From Calditrichales bacterium (GTDB lineage: Bacteria > Calditrichota > Calditrichia > Calditrichales > J004), in contig OZ254086.1 of assembly GCA_965267575.1 (NCBI GenBank), positions 2,368,001 to 2,432,000 of the forward strand: DNA of 64,000 nt, written 5' to 3'. The notes below the pieces were generated by a model. That model had not been told where the DNA came from. It saw only the letters and a program-made list of their open reading frames with translations, and searched no databases. Positions within the stretch are counted from its first letter, which is position 1. Every line of letters starts with the position of its first letter. The position numbers and the translations under genes were made by a program. This document shows, piece by piece, positions 54,190-63,800 of the stretch.

Positions 54190-56655
54190 ATGATTCACAT
54201 AGATTTGTCGCGCAAAGCGACGTTCTACGCGTGCGTCTTATTGGCCAGCGCGTGGCCTTTGTTTGCACAATCTGCATACGATTCCTGGTTCTCTTCATCG
54301 AAGGAGCGGCAATGGGATTTGCAGATGCAGATTATTCACCGCCGTTATCCGGGCATGGGCTCATCAGGTGGTTCAGGCTGGAGCGAGTCAACCCCAATCA
54401 CAGGATTGAAGAGTCCGTCCTTTTCGCTGCGTGAATTGCTGGGGTTACCCAAGGCAAAAAGCGATTTCCAGAAAGCGATCGAAAAATACAATCGCGGCGA
54501 AGTGGGTGAAGCGTTGGTTTTGCTGGAACGCGCCGCATTAGACAAACCGCTTTACTCCCTGGAGCGTGGCAAAGCAGCGCTGGCCCTGGGAAGAATCCAC
54601 GATTCAATCGATGTTTCGCTGGGGAGTACGCTGACTGGCAGCAGCCGTGAAAAAGCATACACATGGTATCTTGCGGCGATCGAAAACAAGGAAACGGAGG
54701 CCTATTGGCCGCTCGCTGTTCATTGCGATCGAATCGGTAAATACCAGGAAGCTTTACAATATTATGAAAAGGCTATCGCTTTGCGCGGTGTAAGCGATTA
54801 CAATAAAGCATATGCCAGGCGCCGTTCCGGGGAGATCATATTTGCCGGCAAAGGGGTGCAGCGTGATGAGCTACGTGCGCGTTCTTTGTGGCGCGAAGCT
54901 TCAACGCTTGGTGACCAGAAGGCGCAGGAATACATAACAAACCTGGAAAAAGGCGATCCCCTCCTGAACCTGAGATATGATTTTGCCTGTGCCGTTTCCG
55001 AAGACGGATTGGCCGCCGTTTGGCAAGATAATAAATGGGGCTATGCGGATAGTCGCGGAAATGAGGTAATCGCCCCACGTTTTGCCTATGCCGGCAATTT
55101 TGTCTCGGGGCGTGCTATAGTAAATGAAGGCGGCAGGCATGAACCTTACATGCCGGTAAAGGGCGGGCGCTGGAAGGTGATCGATAAGCAGGGTAATACG
55201 ATTCGTGAGTTGCCTTACGACTGGATGATGGGTTTTAGCGAAGGCCTGGCGGAAGTCAACATTGGTGGGGCAATAAACTCTTACGGGGCAGTTAAGGGCG
55301 GCAAGAACGGCTATATAAACCAGGCCGGAGATGAGGTAATCCCATTGGAGTACGAATATGCATTTCCCTTTAAAAACGGTATGGCCCATGTTTCCGGGTC
55401 TTCGAAAAGTTATGTCATTGACAAAACGGGAACGATCCTTTACGAGCTTGAGAGCGCTGCAGGCCATCCGCTTTACAAGATTATAAAAAACGGCAAATAT
55501 GGATTGTTGAACGTCGATACCGATGAGATTCTGATTGAACCGCTTTACGAAGACATGGGGCTTGTACGTGATGGCCGTGTATCCGTTAATGTCGGCGGCA
55601 CCCGCGACGACCGGGGCTACATACGCGGCGGCAAATGGGGGATCGTAGATGTGCAGGGAAAGATTATCACTGAGCCGTCTTTTGATTTCATTAAGCCCGT
55701 CGATAACGGCGCCGGCTATGAGGGTTACAACTCGGACCGTTCCGCTTACAAAGATAACCGCTGGCAGGGAAAGTTCTATAATGGTTATGCACTCATCAAT
55801 GTGGGTGGATATCCGCCGGCGTGCGATATCTGCAAACCCGGCGGTGGCAGATGGGGTATGGTGGACGAAAAGGGTAATGAAATCATTCCGGCCCGCTACG
55901 ATTATTTGGATTTTTTGTTCAGAGACGGACTGCTTGTTTTTAACGTGGGCGGTAAATCGTTCCAGGGTAACGTAGCTAAAGGGGGCAAGTGGGGCCTCGT
56001 AAATAAATTGGGTATAGAAGTGGTGCCCGCCCGCTATGACTATATTGACCCGATACCACAAAACGGGTTGTTCCGGGTGCGCCTTGGCGGCACCATATAT
56101 CGCGACCAATACACGGGCGGCGGAAAATGGGGCTTTGTAAACACTAAAGGGGAAGAAGCTATTTTGCCGGCATTCGAATATGCCTATCACTTTTCGCAGG
56201 GCATAGCACGTGTAAATCGCGGTGGCAGGATTGAGGGCAACAAGCCGGCGGGTATGGAACTAATTGAGGGCGGTGAGTGGGCCTATATTGATAGCACCGG
56301 AAAAATTATTCTTGACTTCAGGCCCTTTGATTTTGCGGGAGATTTTTACGATGGTCTGGCACCCGCGGCAGTAAACGGCAAGTACGGTTATATTGATAAA
56401 AGCGGCGCATTCGTGATCAAACCAAGGTATGCCGCTGCCGGGCGTTTTAGTTTACATAACGAAAATCATCCGCAGTTGGCCCCGGTGAAAGCGCCTGGTG
56501 AGAACGGCAAATGGGGGTATATCAATCGTCAGGGTAAGCTGGTGATAGATTTCCTGTTTGATGATGAGGGCACGGGTTTTTACTCAGGAATGTGCGGTGT
56601 AAGTCTTAACGGTAAGTACGTAACCATTGATAGCAACGGCCGCGTTCTGAAGTAA
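54190..56655 (+). CDS. Secreted Sel1/TPR plus WG (KWG) repeat protein
   Basis: Signal peptide; Sel1-like GKGVQRD; many KWG(Y/F/L)(I/V)(D/N)xxG...P.Y...F.EG repeats. Confidence 0.88.
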   Translation: MIHIDLSRKATFYACVLLASAWPLFAQSAYDSWFSSSKERQWDLQMQIIHRRYPGMGSSGGSGWSESTPITGLKSPSFSLRELLGLPKAKSDFQKAIEKYNRGEVGEALVLLERAALDKPLYSLERGKAALALGRIHDSIDVSLGSTLTGSSREKAYTWYLAAIENKETEAYWPLAVHCDRIGKYQEALQYYEKAIALRGVSDYNKAYARRRSGEIIFAGKGVQRDELRARSLWREASTLGDQKAQEYITNLEKGDPLLNLRYDFACAVSEDGLAAVWQDNKWGYADSRGNEVIAPRFAYAGNFVSGRAIVNEGGRHEPYMPVKGGRWKVIDKQGNTIRELPYDWMMGFSEGLAEVNIGGAINSYGAVKGGKNGYINQAGDEVIPLEYEYAFPFKNGMAHVSGSSKSYVIDKTGTILYELESAAGHPLYKIIKNGKYGLLNVDTDEILIEPLYEDMGLVRDGRVSVNVGGTRDDRGYIRGGKWGIVDVQGKIITEPSFDFIKPVDNGAGYEGYNSDRSAYKDNRWQGKFYNGYALINVGGYPPACDICKPGGGRWGMVDEKGNEIIPARYDYLDFLFRDGLLVFNVGGKSFQGNVAKGGKWGLVNKLGIEVVPARYDYIDPIPQNGLFRVRLGGTIYRDQYTGGGKWGFVNTKGEEAILPAFEYAYHFSQGIARVNRGGRIEGNKPAGMELIEGGEWAYIDSTGKIILDFRPFDFAGDFYDGLAPAAVNGKYGYIDKSGAFVIKPRYAAAGRFSLHNENHPQLAPVKAPGENGKWGYINRQGKLVIDFLFDDEGTGFYSGMCGVSLNGKYVTIDSNGRVLK

Positions 56656-56663
56656 CAGAATTT

Positions 56664-56708
56664 AAAAGGCGGGGCAGTGACGTTTTGTCCCGCCTTTTTT
56701 CTTTTTTG
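56664..56708 (+). terminator. Intrinsic terminator
   Basis: aaaaggcggg...cccgcctttttt directly after the stop. Confidence 0.8.
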
Positions 56709-56801
56709 AAGTAAGCCTGCAGATAAACGTATTTATTCTTGCCCATCGGGTGAAATTATTTCTTACATTAAGATAGACATTTATTTGAGGGAGGTGCGAC
56801 C

Positions 56802-57326
56802 ATGCCTGACATGCTGCTGCGCGATGCCTTAAGCCATATGCACTGGGCCGACGCAAAAATGTATGGGCGTCTGCTTAAAATGCCCACGCTTCAAACGGAC
56901 GATGCGCTGATTCAACTACTGCAGCACATGCACACCGTGCAATACGCCTTCTATTATCTTTGGACAGATGAGCCGCTGCAATTTCCCGAGAAGGGCGATT
57001 TTAAAGACCTGCCGGCGCTGGCCGAATGGGCTTCGCTTTATCATCCACTGGCAAATGATTTCCTGGCGGCAATGAAGGAAGAGGACTATCAGCGCCGCAT
57101 CCACGTGCCCTGGTCCGATTATGTTGAAAAGCAAAAAGGCCGCAAAGCGCAGGACGCGACATTGCCGGAAACCATCTGGCAGGTCGCAGCCCATACGACG
57201 CATCACCGGGCACAGGTGAACACGCTTATCCGCGCTGCTGGCGGCAGGCCGCCGCTGGTGGATTTTATCGCCTGGGTATGGGAAGGCAAGCCCGAAGCAA
57301 TCTGGCCGGATTTATCAAAGGACTGA
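56802..57326 (+). CDS. DinB/YfiT-family protein
   Basis: HMHWAD, LQHM, HTTHHRAQ metal-binding His set. Confidence 0.85.
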   Translation: MPDMLLRDALSHMHWADAKMYGRLLKMPTLQTDDALIQLLQHMHTVQYAFYYLWTDEPLQFPEKGDFKDLPALAEWASLYHPLANDFLAAMKEEDYQRRIHVPWSDYVEKQKGRKAQDATLPETIWQVAAHTTHHRAQVNTLIRAAGGRPPLVDFIAWVWEGKPEAIWPDLSKD

Positions 57327-57331
57327 AGCCT

Positions 57332-58363
57332 ATGCTGATCACCAAGATCACCCGCAACCTGGCCAACGCGGCCATGAAAAAACCCTGCTTCCTGTTTGCC
57401 GAAATATTACTGACCTACAACTGTTCGCAGCGCTGCCTGCAGTGTAATATCCCCTTGCGGGAGGTGGAAAAGCGCCACATCGATGTGGGTGATTTCAGGG
57501 TTATCGTGAATCGCCTTTCTGCTTATGGCACGCAGGGGCTGGTGTTATCCGGTGGAGAGCCTACCATGCACCCGCGGTTTGAGACGATCATGGAAGATGC
57601 CGCGCGACAGGGGTTTATGTACAAGCTACTGCTTTCCAATCTCTATTTCTCGCAGCGACGCATGCGCGAGCTGACGGAGCTTTTGCTGCGCCACAAATTC
57701 AATCTCACCTGCTCCTTTGACGGGCTGGGCGAAACCGCCGATATCATCCGCGGCGGCAAAAACGTCTCCGATATTGTTATGGCCAACATGGAGTATCTTG
57801 ACGCGGAGAACAGGCGCGCCGGCCGACCTATCAAAACCCTGGCCAATATCGTCATCAGCAAACTGAACCTGCCGCAAATCCCGCAAATGATTACGCGCCT
57901 CGAAAAGCTGGGCTGGAATATCAGCGTGGACCTCTACCGCAATTCATCGATCAACCACAACCAGGTGGACGATATGATGATTAGCGACTGGGCGGATTTG
58001 GAAGAAGTAATGGCGCGGGTGAAAGAATCACCCAACGTTGTGACGCCGGGCTGGCTGCTGGATGGTTATAAACACTATTTCAACGGCGGCTTTGAAAAGC
58101 AGTGTCCCTACATCAGCAACCTCAGCCTGGGCAGCAAGTTTTTCGTCTATCCCGACGGAGATGTGCGCGTCTGCATGGGCGAGCCCATCGGCAACCTGCT
58201 GCAACAAATGCCGGGTGAGATTTTTACGTCGGACATCTGGCAGCAACGCCAACAGGATTTCCAGGAATGCCCCGGCTGCTGGAATACCTGCTACACCCCG
58301 GCCGCAAAGATCTCCAGCTATTTTAAGCCGAGTGAGATTGGCAAAGTGTTTAAGATGGTTTAA
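57332..58363 (+). CDS. Radical SAM protein with C-terminal SPASM/twitch-like domain
   Basis: CSQRCLQC (CX3CX2C), SGGEP, SFDG, PDGDVRVC, CPGCWNTC. Confidence 0.9.
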   Translation: MLITKITRNLANAAMKKPCFLFAEILLTYNCSQRCLQCNIPLREVEKRHIDVGDFRVIVNRLSAYGTQGLVLSGGEPTMHPRFETIMEDAARQGFMYKLLLSNLYFSQRRMRELTELLLRHKFNLTCSFDGLGETADIIRGGKNVSDIVMANMEYLDAENRRAGRPIKTLANIVISKLNLPQIPQMITRLEKLGWNISVDLYRNSSINHNQVDDMMISDWADLEEVMARVKESPNVVTPGWLLDGYKHYFNGGFEKQCPYISNLSLGSKFFVYPDGDVRVCMGEPIGNLLQQMPGEIFTSDIWQQRQQDFQECPGCWNTCYTPAAKISSYFKPSEIGKVFKMV

Positions 58364-58383
58364 CCGCTAAGGTTTGGCAATAT

Positions 58384-58553
58384 TGGGCTGAAGCCCAATA
58401 ATAATTTGTTGGCGGGCAATCCACGCGCTAAAGCACGTGGCAATATTTTGGTTTAAGCCCTTTGGCCGGGCAGTTTTATATGCAGTGGCTCAAGCATTGC
58501 CACGACCTTCAGGTCGTGGACCAAGTGCTTTTAAAAACAAGGGCTTCAGCCAA
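58384..58553. repeat. REPIN-like palindromic element, family C copy 1
   Basis: GGGCTGAAGCCC...CCACGCGCTAAAGCACGTGG...CCACGACCTTCAGGTCGTGG...GGGCTTCAGCC. Confidence 0.88.
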
Positions 58554-58707
58554 ATTAGCCCACGGTCCATTCAATAACAGTCTTGCCCTGACAGCCTTCC
58601 AGACTCTTGAACACCTAAAAAACATTCCCCCTAATCCTGCGTAGCTTTCTCTGGTTGCCTGTTTTGCCGCGCCGCCCAACGCTTTATCCAAAACTTTCGG
58701 AGGAACC

Positions 58708-60063
58708 ATGCACAGATTAAACCTTTCGATTATTCTTAGTATCACTATCCTTTTTGTAGCAGGGCTGTTATCGGCGCAGCCGTTGATGCAATACGGCGAT
58801 CCACAGCAGGCCGGCTTTGATGCGCAAAGACTGGAGCAGGTCAAAACCACCTTTGAGCAAAGTGACGCGGCGGCTTTGCTGCTTTTGTATCGTGGACACG
58901 TTGTGCTGTCCCTGGGAGAGACCACCCGTAAATTCCGTTGTGCCTCCATGCGCAAAAGCCTGATGAACGTGATGATCGGTCACACGGTAGATGCCGGGCA
59001 GATTGATATTTCGGCTACGTTGGCCCGGCTGGGCATTGATGATGAACCGGCCCTCAGCGAAGCAGAAAAAGAGGCCACGGTGGAGCAGTTGCTGCAGGCC
59101 CGTTCCGGTATCTACCACCTTGCCGCATATATGCCGCGCGGTATGGAAAAACAGATGCCACGGCGGGGCAGCCACGCCCCGGGCACATTCTGGTTTTACA
59201 ACAACTGGGATTTCAACACACTGGTTTCGATTTACAACCGTCAAACAGGCAGCGATTTTTTTGAAGATTTTTATGCCCACGTCGCCAAACCGCTGGGCAT
59301 GGAGGATTTTGAATTGGGTGATACCTTTTACCGCTACGAGGAGGATAAGTCGCAACACCCGGCTTACCTGATGCGCATGAGCGCCCGCGACCTGGCGCGT
59401 TTCGGACAGTTGTGTCTTAACGGCGGCACATGGCAGGGCAGGCAAATCGTTTCAAGCGCCTGGCTGGAGAAAAGCACACTGGCGCACAGCACAAATCTCA
59501 GGGCACATGATCACAAGGGCAATTACGGTTACCTGTGGTGGGTGGCCGATAGCATTTTCGGGCAAAAGACCTTTTATGCCAGCGGGGCCGGCGGCCAGCG
59601 CGTTTTTGTGCTCCCGGAAGAGGAAATGGTTGTGGTGCACCTGGTGGATACCTATGACAATAACGATGTGAATGATCAGCAGGCGTTTAGCCTCTTGCAG
59701 ATGATCATCAATGCCAAAACCGCAAGGGCGCAGGCAGACGCCAGGCTGCTTACGTACCAAGCGCCACAATCAGATTTGCCGGCCTTTGCTGATATTGAGC
59801 CGGCAGTACTGGCAAAATATCTTGGCAGCTATAAACACAAGTTTTTAGGAGAAATGACCATAAGCAGGGAAAAGGGACAGCTTTCTCTTGAAACCGGTAT
59901 CGGCCACTTCAGGATACACCCCCTCAGTGAAACGTCCTTTTACGCGGAAGATATGGAATACCCACTGGAATTTGTCCCGGCTGCTGAAGAATCACAAAAG
60001 GGGGTCATAAAGTCTGTTTACAATGAAAACCGCAAGATTGACAAGATTATATTTTACTATTAG
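58708..60063 (+). CDS. Secreted serine hydrolase, beta-lactamase/AmpC-like family with C-terminal DUF3471-like domain
   Basis: SxxK (SMRK), PGTFWFYNN, MSARDLARFG, YGYLWW, ASGAGGQ; signal peptide. Confidence 0.88.
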   Translation: MHRLNLSIILSITILFVAGLLSAQPLMQYGDPQQAGFDAQRLEQVKTTFEQSDAAALLLLYRGHVVLSLGETTRKFRCASMRKSLMNVMIGHTVDAGQIDISATLARLGIDDEPALSEAEKEATVEQLLQARSGIYHLAAYMPRGMEKQMPRRGSHAPGTFWFYNNWDFNTLVSIYNRQTGSDFFEDFYAHVAKPLGMEDFELGDTFYRYEEDKSQHPAYLMRMSARDLARFGQLCLNGGTWQGRQIVSSAWLEKSTLAHSTNLRAHDHKGNYGYLWWVADSIFGQKTFYASGAGGQRVFVLPEEEMVVVHLVDTYDNNDVNDQQAFSLLQMIINAKTARAQADARLLTYQAPQSDLPAFADIEPAVLAKYLGSYKHKFLGEMTISREKGQLSLETGIGHFRIHPLSETSFYAEDMEYPLEFVPAAEESQKGVIKSVYNENRKIDKIIFYY

Positions 60064-60076
60064 AGGGATTTTGTGT

Positions 60077-60246
60077 TGGGCTGAAGCCCATCGCTAAATG
60101 GGTTGGCGGATAACCACGCGCTAAAGCACGTGGCTATATTTTTGCTTTAGCCCGTTGGCCGGGAAGTTTTATTTTCGGTAGTCAAAATTATTGCCTCGAC
60201 CTTCAGGTCGTTGGTGGACATAAAGCAAACGCCTGAGGGCTTCAGC
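60077..60246. repeat. REPIN-like element, family C copy 2
   Basis: Same four hairpins as copy 1; the last palindrome overlaps the transposase stop codon. Confidence 0.88.
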
Positions 60247-60671
60247 TTAACTCCCTAAAGCCATATTTTTCCATAAACAACGAGTATTCTTCGGCAAAGG
60301 AGCGGCGCCGGTGGTACTCCTGTTGGGTTTTGATATAGGCCCGCACTTTGTCCAGCTGCGATTCACTAACCGACACGGTGATATATTCTTCCTGCCACTC
60401 AAATTTCCCGGGCACCAGATTGTGTTTATTTATCCAGTGTGAAGATTCTCCCTTTATCAAAAATGCCACTTTGCTTATGGATTGTGATGTACCAAGTGAA
60501 ATGAGCGCGTGGCAGTGGTCATCGGTGCAATTAATGGTGTCCATGTAGATTTCTTTTTGTCGGGCGTTTTCGCGGATGTGCTTTAATAGCGCAGGCCGGA
60601 GTTTTTTGTGTATGGTTGTTGCGGTTTTTTGTGGCCCAGATAAGGTGGACCCAAATGCGGGTGTATGGCAT
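60242..60671 (-). pseudogene. tnpA: IS200/IS605-like (Y1 HUH) transposase, REP-associated (RAYT-like), frameshifted
   Basis: ATG60671 (AGGAG RBS) gives MPYTRIWVHLIWATKNR; the remainder (LRPALLKHIREN, HUH DHCH, IKGESS, WQEEY, YIKTQ) is in another frame. Confidence 0.85.
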
Positions 60672-60685
60672 TTTGTGTCTCCTTT

Positions 60686-60883
60686 GTGTTGGGCTGAAGC
60701 CCTCAATAAATGGATTAGCGGTACCACGCGCTAAACCACGTGGCTATGTGCTATGTTTTATGTTGATACCTATTTGGCTATAGATTACATAAAATATTGC
60801 TGCGGCACAGGGTAGCAACTATTGCCACGACCTTCCAGGTCGTGGATTTGGCAGACAAGACAGCAAGGGCTTTAGCCCAAACA
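60686..60883. repeat. REPIN-like element, family C copy 3
   Basis: tgttgggctgaagccc...ccacgcgctaaaccacgtgg...ccacgaccttccaggtcgtgg...gggctttagcccaaaca. Confidence 0.88.
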
Positions 60884-61315
60884 CTAACCATTCACAATGT
60901 GTTGCTCATAAAATCCCCGGAAATCGCGCTTTATCTCATCGCGGACGCGGCGGAATACGGCCAGCACCTCTTCTTCACTCCCTTCCGCTTCGGCGGGATC
61001 ATCAAAACCGATATGCAGACGTTGGCGCACATTGCCCAGAAAAACGGGGCAGGTTTCCTTGGCGTGGTCGCAAACGGTAATTACATAATCAAAAGAGCGG
61101 TTTAAGAAATCATCAACGATTTTGGGGTAGCTTTCGGACATGTCGTAACCGGCTTCTTCCATCACCTTTATGGCCAGCGGATGGACGCGCGCAGCCGGGT
61201 GCGTACCGGCGGAATGAACACGCAGGTTTTCAGGGTCCATCGATTTTAAAATACGTTCGGCCATCTGGCTGCGGCAGGAATTGCCGGTACACAAAATCAG
61301 AATACGTTGCTGCAT
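60884..61315 (-). CDS. arsC: Arsenate reductase ArsC (LMW-PTP/thioredoxin type)
   Basis: CTGNSCRSQMAE, ITVCD, CPVF, FDDP, FRRVRDEI. Confidence 0.88.
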   Translation of the reverse strand: MQQRILILCTGNSCRSQMAERILKSMDPENLRVHSAGTHPAARVHPLAIKVMEEAGYDMSESYPKIVDDFLNRSFDYVITVCDHAKETCPVFLGNVRQRLHIGFDDPAEAEGSEEEVLAVFRRVRDEIKRDFRGFYEQHIVNG

Positions 61316-61407
61316 TGGTTCGTTCCTTCGTATAGGATAATATTATTATCCGTAAATCTATAATTTGCGTATTTTAAAAGCCACTATTTACGATTGCGGA
61401 GTAGCCA

Positions 61408-62079
61408 GTGCAAAATCTTTCCGGCGATATCCTCAAGCCTTTCCCATTCCTGCAAAACGCGGATGAAGATATTCTCACCGCCCTGCGCCAAAACGCCACG
61501 CTGGTCAGACTGCCGGCAGAAGAATATATCTGCTGGGAGGGTGATCGCTGCAATCACCTGGCGCTGCTTTTGGAAGGTACCGTGCGCGTATACAAAGTCG
61601 GCGAAAACGGCCGCGAGATCACCCTTTACCGCCTGCACAGCGGCGAAAGCTGCGTACTTACCGCCAGTTGCATCCTGAGCGGCCGTGCTTTTCCCGCGCT
61701 GGCCGTTGTAGAAAAACCGGCCACGGCGCTGCTTGTGCCTGCGGGTCTTCTCAAAGAGTGGGTGAGCGCCTACCCGCCCTGGCGTGAATACGTTTTTTCG
61801 CTTATGACCGACCGTCTGGGACAGATCATCACAACGGTTGAAGAGGTGGCTTTCCGCAGGGTGGATATCCGCCTGGCCGAACTGTTGCTTAAAAGCGCCA
61901 ACGTAAGCGGCACCGTTAAACTTACCCACCAGGAAATCGCCCGGGACCTGGGCAGCGCGCGCGAAGTGATAAGCCGCATTCTGAAAGATTTTGAAAAGCA
62001 GGGTTGGATTGACCTTCAGCGTGGTGCAATCGTAATTGAAAACAAAGGGATGTTAAAAAAGAGAGCAACTACCGGTTAA
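61408..62079 (+). CDS. Crp/Fnr-family transcriptional regulator
   Basis: GREITLY, GESCVLTASCI, RLAELL, THQEIARDLGSAREVISRILK. Confidence 0.93.
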   Translation: MQNLSGDILKPFPFLQNADEDILTALRQNATLVRLPAEEYICWEGDRCNHLALLLEGTVRVYKVGENGREITLYRLHSGESCVLTASCILSGRAFPALAVVEKPATALLVPAGLLKEWVSAYPPWREYVFSLMTDRLGQIITTVEEVAFRRVDIRLAELLLKSANVSGTVKLTHQEIARDLGSAREVISRILKDFEKQGWIDLQRGAIVIENKGMLKKRATTG

Positions 62080-62093
62080 GTGACAAAGTTACA
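62080..62093. promoter_or_regulatory. Putative operator of the adjacent Crp-family regulator
   Basis: GTGAC-aaa-GTTAC imperfect palindrome upstream of the DUF2892 gene. Confidence 0.5.
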
Positions 62094-62157
62094 TACAGCG
62101 TTTTAAAAAGTGCTTAATATTCTCCGCAGAAAACACAACCAATTAAGGGAGGATGTT

Positions 62158-62349
62158 ATGAAGCGTAATGTTGGAAAAGCCGATCGCAGTCTGCGCGTGA
62201 TACTTGGTCTGCTGATAATCGCGGCCGGGTTCTATTTTCAGAGTTGGTGGGGCGTGATAGGAGTTATACCGCTGGGCACGGCGCTGTTAGGATGGTGCCC
62301 CGTTTACCTGCCTTTTGGCATCAGCACCTGCAAAACGCGGACACAGTAG
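62158..62349 (+). CDS. DUF2892 (YgaP-like) small membrane protein
   Basis: MKRNVGKADRSLR, GWCPVYLPFGISTC; GGAGG RBS. Confidence 0.9.
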   Translation: MKRNVGKADRSLRVILGLLIIAAGFYFQSWWGVIGVIPLGTALLGWCPVYLPFGISTCKTRTQ

Positions 62350-62364
62350 AGGCAAAATACTTAA

Positions 62365-62395
62365 GGGCGGAGGTGGCGACATTTCCGCCTTTTTT
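62365..62395 (+). terminator. Intrinsic terminator
   Basis: ggcgga...tccgcc stem followed by a T run. Confidence 0.7.
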
Positions 62396-62457
62396 GCTTG
62401 CATTAAAACACCTGCGTAACGAATTTTAGCTTAGATTTATAAGACGTGGTGTTTAAG

Positions 62458-63354
62458 ATGCGCTTTTTTGTTTTACTGATCGTACCCCTGCTGCTGGCGC
62501 GTTGTGCGGTTGTAACCGTTCACACGCAGCAGGCGCAATTCCAGAGCGCGACCCACCAGCCAGCCATTCACATCACCCCGAAAGACACCAGCGGTGCCCT
62601 GATACTGCGGCCGCATATTTCCGTAAAAACAAAAACCGATATCCGGCTCACCAGCGAAAACCATACAAGTGTAAACAGCTATGGCGAGTTCGAAGTGGAA
62701 GCCGTAGCGGGGGAAACCTATTACCACGAAGTAAAAGACGCCAACCGCTATGAGTTTAAGGGTAAAGACGTCCAGTTGCTTACGGCGACCACCCAGATTG
62801 GCATGGAACTGGAGATGCGTTCCGAAAGCGGCGCCATATTCGGATCCGTCCAGCACACAACGGGCGGTTTGCGTGCCTGGAGCGCGCAGGCGGGATTGGG
62901 CTACATGGTGCGCTTTACATCCTGGGCCTGGCGAACAGACCTGGCCTGCCAATGGCAGCGTTCTTTTTATGATGTCGAATATCTCACGCGTACGGAGTTC
63001 TCCTCAAGGGATAATATTAAGGTAAGTTTTTTCCGGCAGGAAGGTCAGCAAACCCAGTTGGACCTCGCGCTTAGTTTTACCTTTAACAGTATTCGTGAAG
63101 ATTGGCCGATAAATGTTTTCGGTAGCATAAATCTCGGAAACCACACACTCGTGACGCTACCCGATAAATCTTCTGTTGAAGAGATGGCGGATTATGAATA
63201 CGGCGAAGGCCTGAGCCAGGGAGCCTTCGGCGTTTACGGTACACTTTTGCCGCGCTCGCGCGTTTTAGCCGGTCTGCGCTATAATCACTTTGATGATAAA
63301 TTCAACGGCTCCGGTTTTTGGGATTTGATTATCCAGTGGGATATGGAGTTATAA
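62458..63354 (+). CDS. Hypothetical exported, beta-strand-rich protein (possible lipoprotein or outer-membrane protein)
   Basis: Signal peptide ending LARC; amphipathic strands; no family recognised. Confidence 0.6.
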   Translation: MRFFVLLIVPLLLARCAVVTVHTQQAQFQSATHQPAIHITPKDTSGALILRPHISVKTKTDIRLTSENHTSVNSYGEFEVEAVAGETYYHEVKDANRYEFKGKDVQLLTATTQIGMELEMRSESGAIFGSVQHTTGGLRAWSAQAGLGYMVRFTSWAWRTDLACQWQRSFYDVEYLTRTEFSSRDNIKVSFFRQEGQQTQLDLALSFTFNSIREDWPINVFGSINLGNHTLVTLPDKSSVEEMADYEYGEGLSQGAFGVYGTLLPRSRVLAGLRYNHFDDKFNGSGFWDLIIQWDMEL

Positions 63355-63443
63355 AATCGGTCGCGGTATCTTGATTAAAACAGAATATTTCCTTTAATTT
63401 CTGCCTTCATAAATCAGTCAATCATATTCTTTAAAGGCGATCC

Positions 63444-63797
63444 ATGAGCAAATTTACCAAAGTGGCCATTCCGATCTCAATTGTGTTTGTCGCTTATATT
63501 TTTTACATCTTTCAGCCAACCACCGAAGTGGGTGACTTTGAAAAAATACGCGCGGGCGGCGAGATTAATCAAAACATTAATGTTTATGTGGAAGCGGAGC
63601 GCGGTTTCCAGCGTAATGCTGCCAGCCAGATTGTGACATTCTTTGCCCGCGATAAACATGGTTCCGTGGCCCGTGTCAGCCCCAGAGAGCCGGTTGCTTC
63701 GGAAATCGCCAATGCCAGGGTTGTGGAACTGTTTGGCCATATGCACGGCGATAACTTTATCGCTCTGCGTGTGGAGGTTGTCGAAAGCGCAAACTAA
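63444..63797 (+). CDS. Membrane-anchored small protein, CcmE-like OB fold without heme-binding tail
   Basis: N-terminal TM; FFARDKHG...VVELFGHMHGDNFIA resembles CcmE strands. Confidence 0.5.
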   Translation: MSKFTKVAIPISIVFVAYIFYIFQPTTEVGDFEKIRAGGEINQNINVYVEAERGFQRNAASQIVTFFARDKHGSVARVSPREPVASEIANARVVELFGHMHGDNFIALRVEVVESAN

Positions 63798-63800
63798 AGC

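Noticed and set aside
54901..56190. 429-aa antisense ORF
   Set aside because: Shadow of the WG-repeat gene
60672..60727. ORF-track N-terminus (MVPLIHLL...) for the transposase
   Set aside because: It reads through the REP element; the family-typical N-terminus starts at ATG60671 in another frame
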